Origin: Leptolyngbyaceae cyanobacterium
Lineage (GTDB): Bacteria; Cyanobacteriota; Cyanobacteriia; Phormidesmidales; Phormidesmidaceae
Reading direction: 5' to 3'
NCBI GenBank assembly: GCA_965263355.1
Contig: CBDHHL010000032.1
Span: 3,776,001 to 3,840,000, forward strand
DNA: 64,000 nucleotides
The translations under genes and the position numbers were made by a program. Below the pieces are notes generated by a model. It did no database searches, had not been told where the DNA came from, and saw only the letters and a list, made by a program, of their open reading frames with translations. Shown here in pieces: positions 62,853 to 64,000 of this stretch; the first letter of the stretch is position 1; the number at the start of each line of letters is the position of its first letter.

Positions 62853-63323
62853 ATGGATTTTGCCGTTTTGGTTAAGCCTTTAATTGGGGCGTTGCTAGGG
62901 GTATTTGCGATTGCTACTCCAGCGTTGGCTTTTCCCATTGAGGAAAGTGAGATTAATAATTATGTAGGCATTGGTATCCGTGCTGGCTTGAATGACGATG
63001 CAGCCGCAGTGGTGGATTCTAAACTTGAGATTGTGCCCTTTAACCAGGTGAGTGTGTCTGTGCGGCCCGCGATTCTCATTGGTGATGATGTTGAGGGTCG
63101 TCTCCCCGTGTCCTTGGATTATGCCTTAGCTGAACAGGTTCTATTTTTTGGTGGTGGTGGTTTTGCCTATACCTTTGACAGCAGTGATTTTGAGCCTATG
63201 GTTACCGGTGGTCTTGATATGGCTATCAGTGAGCGTTTGATTTTGAATGTAGAAGGCAATTTGATCTTCAAATCTGACGATGCTGATGCGGAAGTGGCGG
63301 CATCGATTAACTGGCTATTTTAG
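62853..63323 (+). CDS. Small outer-membrane beta-barrel-like protein
   Basis: Signal peptide (ATPALA), alternating beta strands, C-terminal W.F. Confidence 0.75.
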   Translation: MDFAVLVKPLIGALLGVFAIATPALAFPIEESEINNYVGIGIRAGLNDDAAAVVDSKLEIVPFNQVSVSVRPAILIGDDVEGRLPVSLDYALAEQVLFFGGGGFAYTFDSSDFEPMVTGGLDMAISERLILNVEGNLIFKSDDADAEVAASINWLF

Positions 63324-63448
63324 GGACTCGTGTTGCATTGAGTCTGGGGCTGAATAGTCTTGGTCTGGGGTGATTTTGATAAAACCGATACTATTCAGGC
63401 GATGACGCTGTTCGGTATGGTGAAATACCGAGCGTCACTGTTTGTGTT

Positions 63449-64000
63449 ATGTCTACCCGCTTGTCCTTTAAAACTAAATTTGCCTATGGTGTTGGTGAAC
63501 TAGGTACAGCTGTCCCTATCGGCCTAGCAATTTTTTATTTATTGTTTTTTCTCACCGAAGTGGTGGGGCTGTCCCCGACACGGGCAGGGGCTGTGCTGTT
63601 GATTGGCCGGGTGTGGGATGCCATCAATGATCCTATTATTGGCTGGCTTAGCGATCGCACCCAATCTCGCTGGGGGCGTCGCTATCCTTGGTTAGTCTCG
63701 GGGGCATTACCCCTAGGTTTTTTCACCTTTATGCTTTGGTTGGTACCACCCCTAGAGTCGGAGACCAGCTTATTTATTTACTACGTGCTGATGGCGGTGG
63801 GGGGCTATGCAGCATTTTCGGTGATCATTTTGCCGATGGTGGCGATCGCAACCGAACTTACCCCCGACTATGATGAACGCACCAGCATTATGTCCGTGCG
63901 TTCCGCTGCTAACATCATCGGTTCAGTGGTCGGGTTAGTGATGGCTCAGATTATCTTCGCGTTGGTTGAAAATACCCGACGACAGTATGTAATCCTGGGG
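63449..64000 (+). CDS. MFS glycoside-pentoside-hexuronide (MelB-like) transporter, partial (runs off the window)
   Basis: Hand translation MSTRLSFKTKFAYGVGELG...WDAINDPIIGWLSDRTQSRWGRRYPW...ELTPDYDERT; absent from the ORF track because no stop lies in the window. Confidence 0.92.
   Translation, partial: MSTRLSFKTKFAYGVGELGTAVPIGLAIFYLLFFLTEVVGLSPTRAGAVLLIGRVWDAINDPIIGWLSDRTQSRWGRRYPWLVSGALPLGFFTFMLWLVPPLESETSLFIYYVLMAVGGYAAFSVIILPMVAIATELTPDYDERTSIMSVRSAANIIGSVVGLVMAQIIFALVENTRRQYVILG

Overview
This is a 64-kb chromosomal segment from a cyanobacterium. The evidence is frequent HIP1 octamers (GCGATCGC), an rbcR/ycf30 gene, an NdhV-like gene, a CAB-domain ferrochelatase and a pilMNOQ operon without pilP; a filamentous Leptolyngbyaceae-like organism is my impression only. 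Most of it is core housekeeping: purH, gmd, queF, glnB-folC, pilMNOQ, HU, dcd, rbcR, hrcA, hemH, fabG, trx, folK, oligopeptidase B, photolyase and pgm. Accessory-looking stretches lie at about 0-3.2 kb, 39.3-46.8 kb and 51-57.4 kb. Features not shown by the ORF track include: a 139-bp MITE with 22-bp terminal inverted repeats (TIRs) and a perfect 8-bp target duplication that splits a Uma2 pseudogene; two further MITE families; four REP-like palindromes, all at convergent gene junctions; a Yfr2-family sRNA; two short tandem-repeat arrays; a recent 66-bp in-frame intragenic duplication starting in a HIP1 site; two frameshifted gene relics; a 40-aa small ORF; and a partial MFS transporter gene at the right edge. 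I saw no CRISPR array, rRNA, tRNA, intact transposase or prophage. No complete novel multi-gene system can be proven from the sequence alone. The best candidates for unexplored biology are the duplicated-domain poly-Asp/poly-Arg protein (34-1440), the Ser/Thr kinase fused to a PstS-like domain, the cargo-less intact tyrosine recombinase beside hemH, and the Yfr2 / ArgRS-like / Crp locus. Family assignments come from motif recognition, not from database searches.
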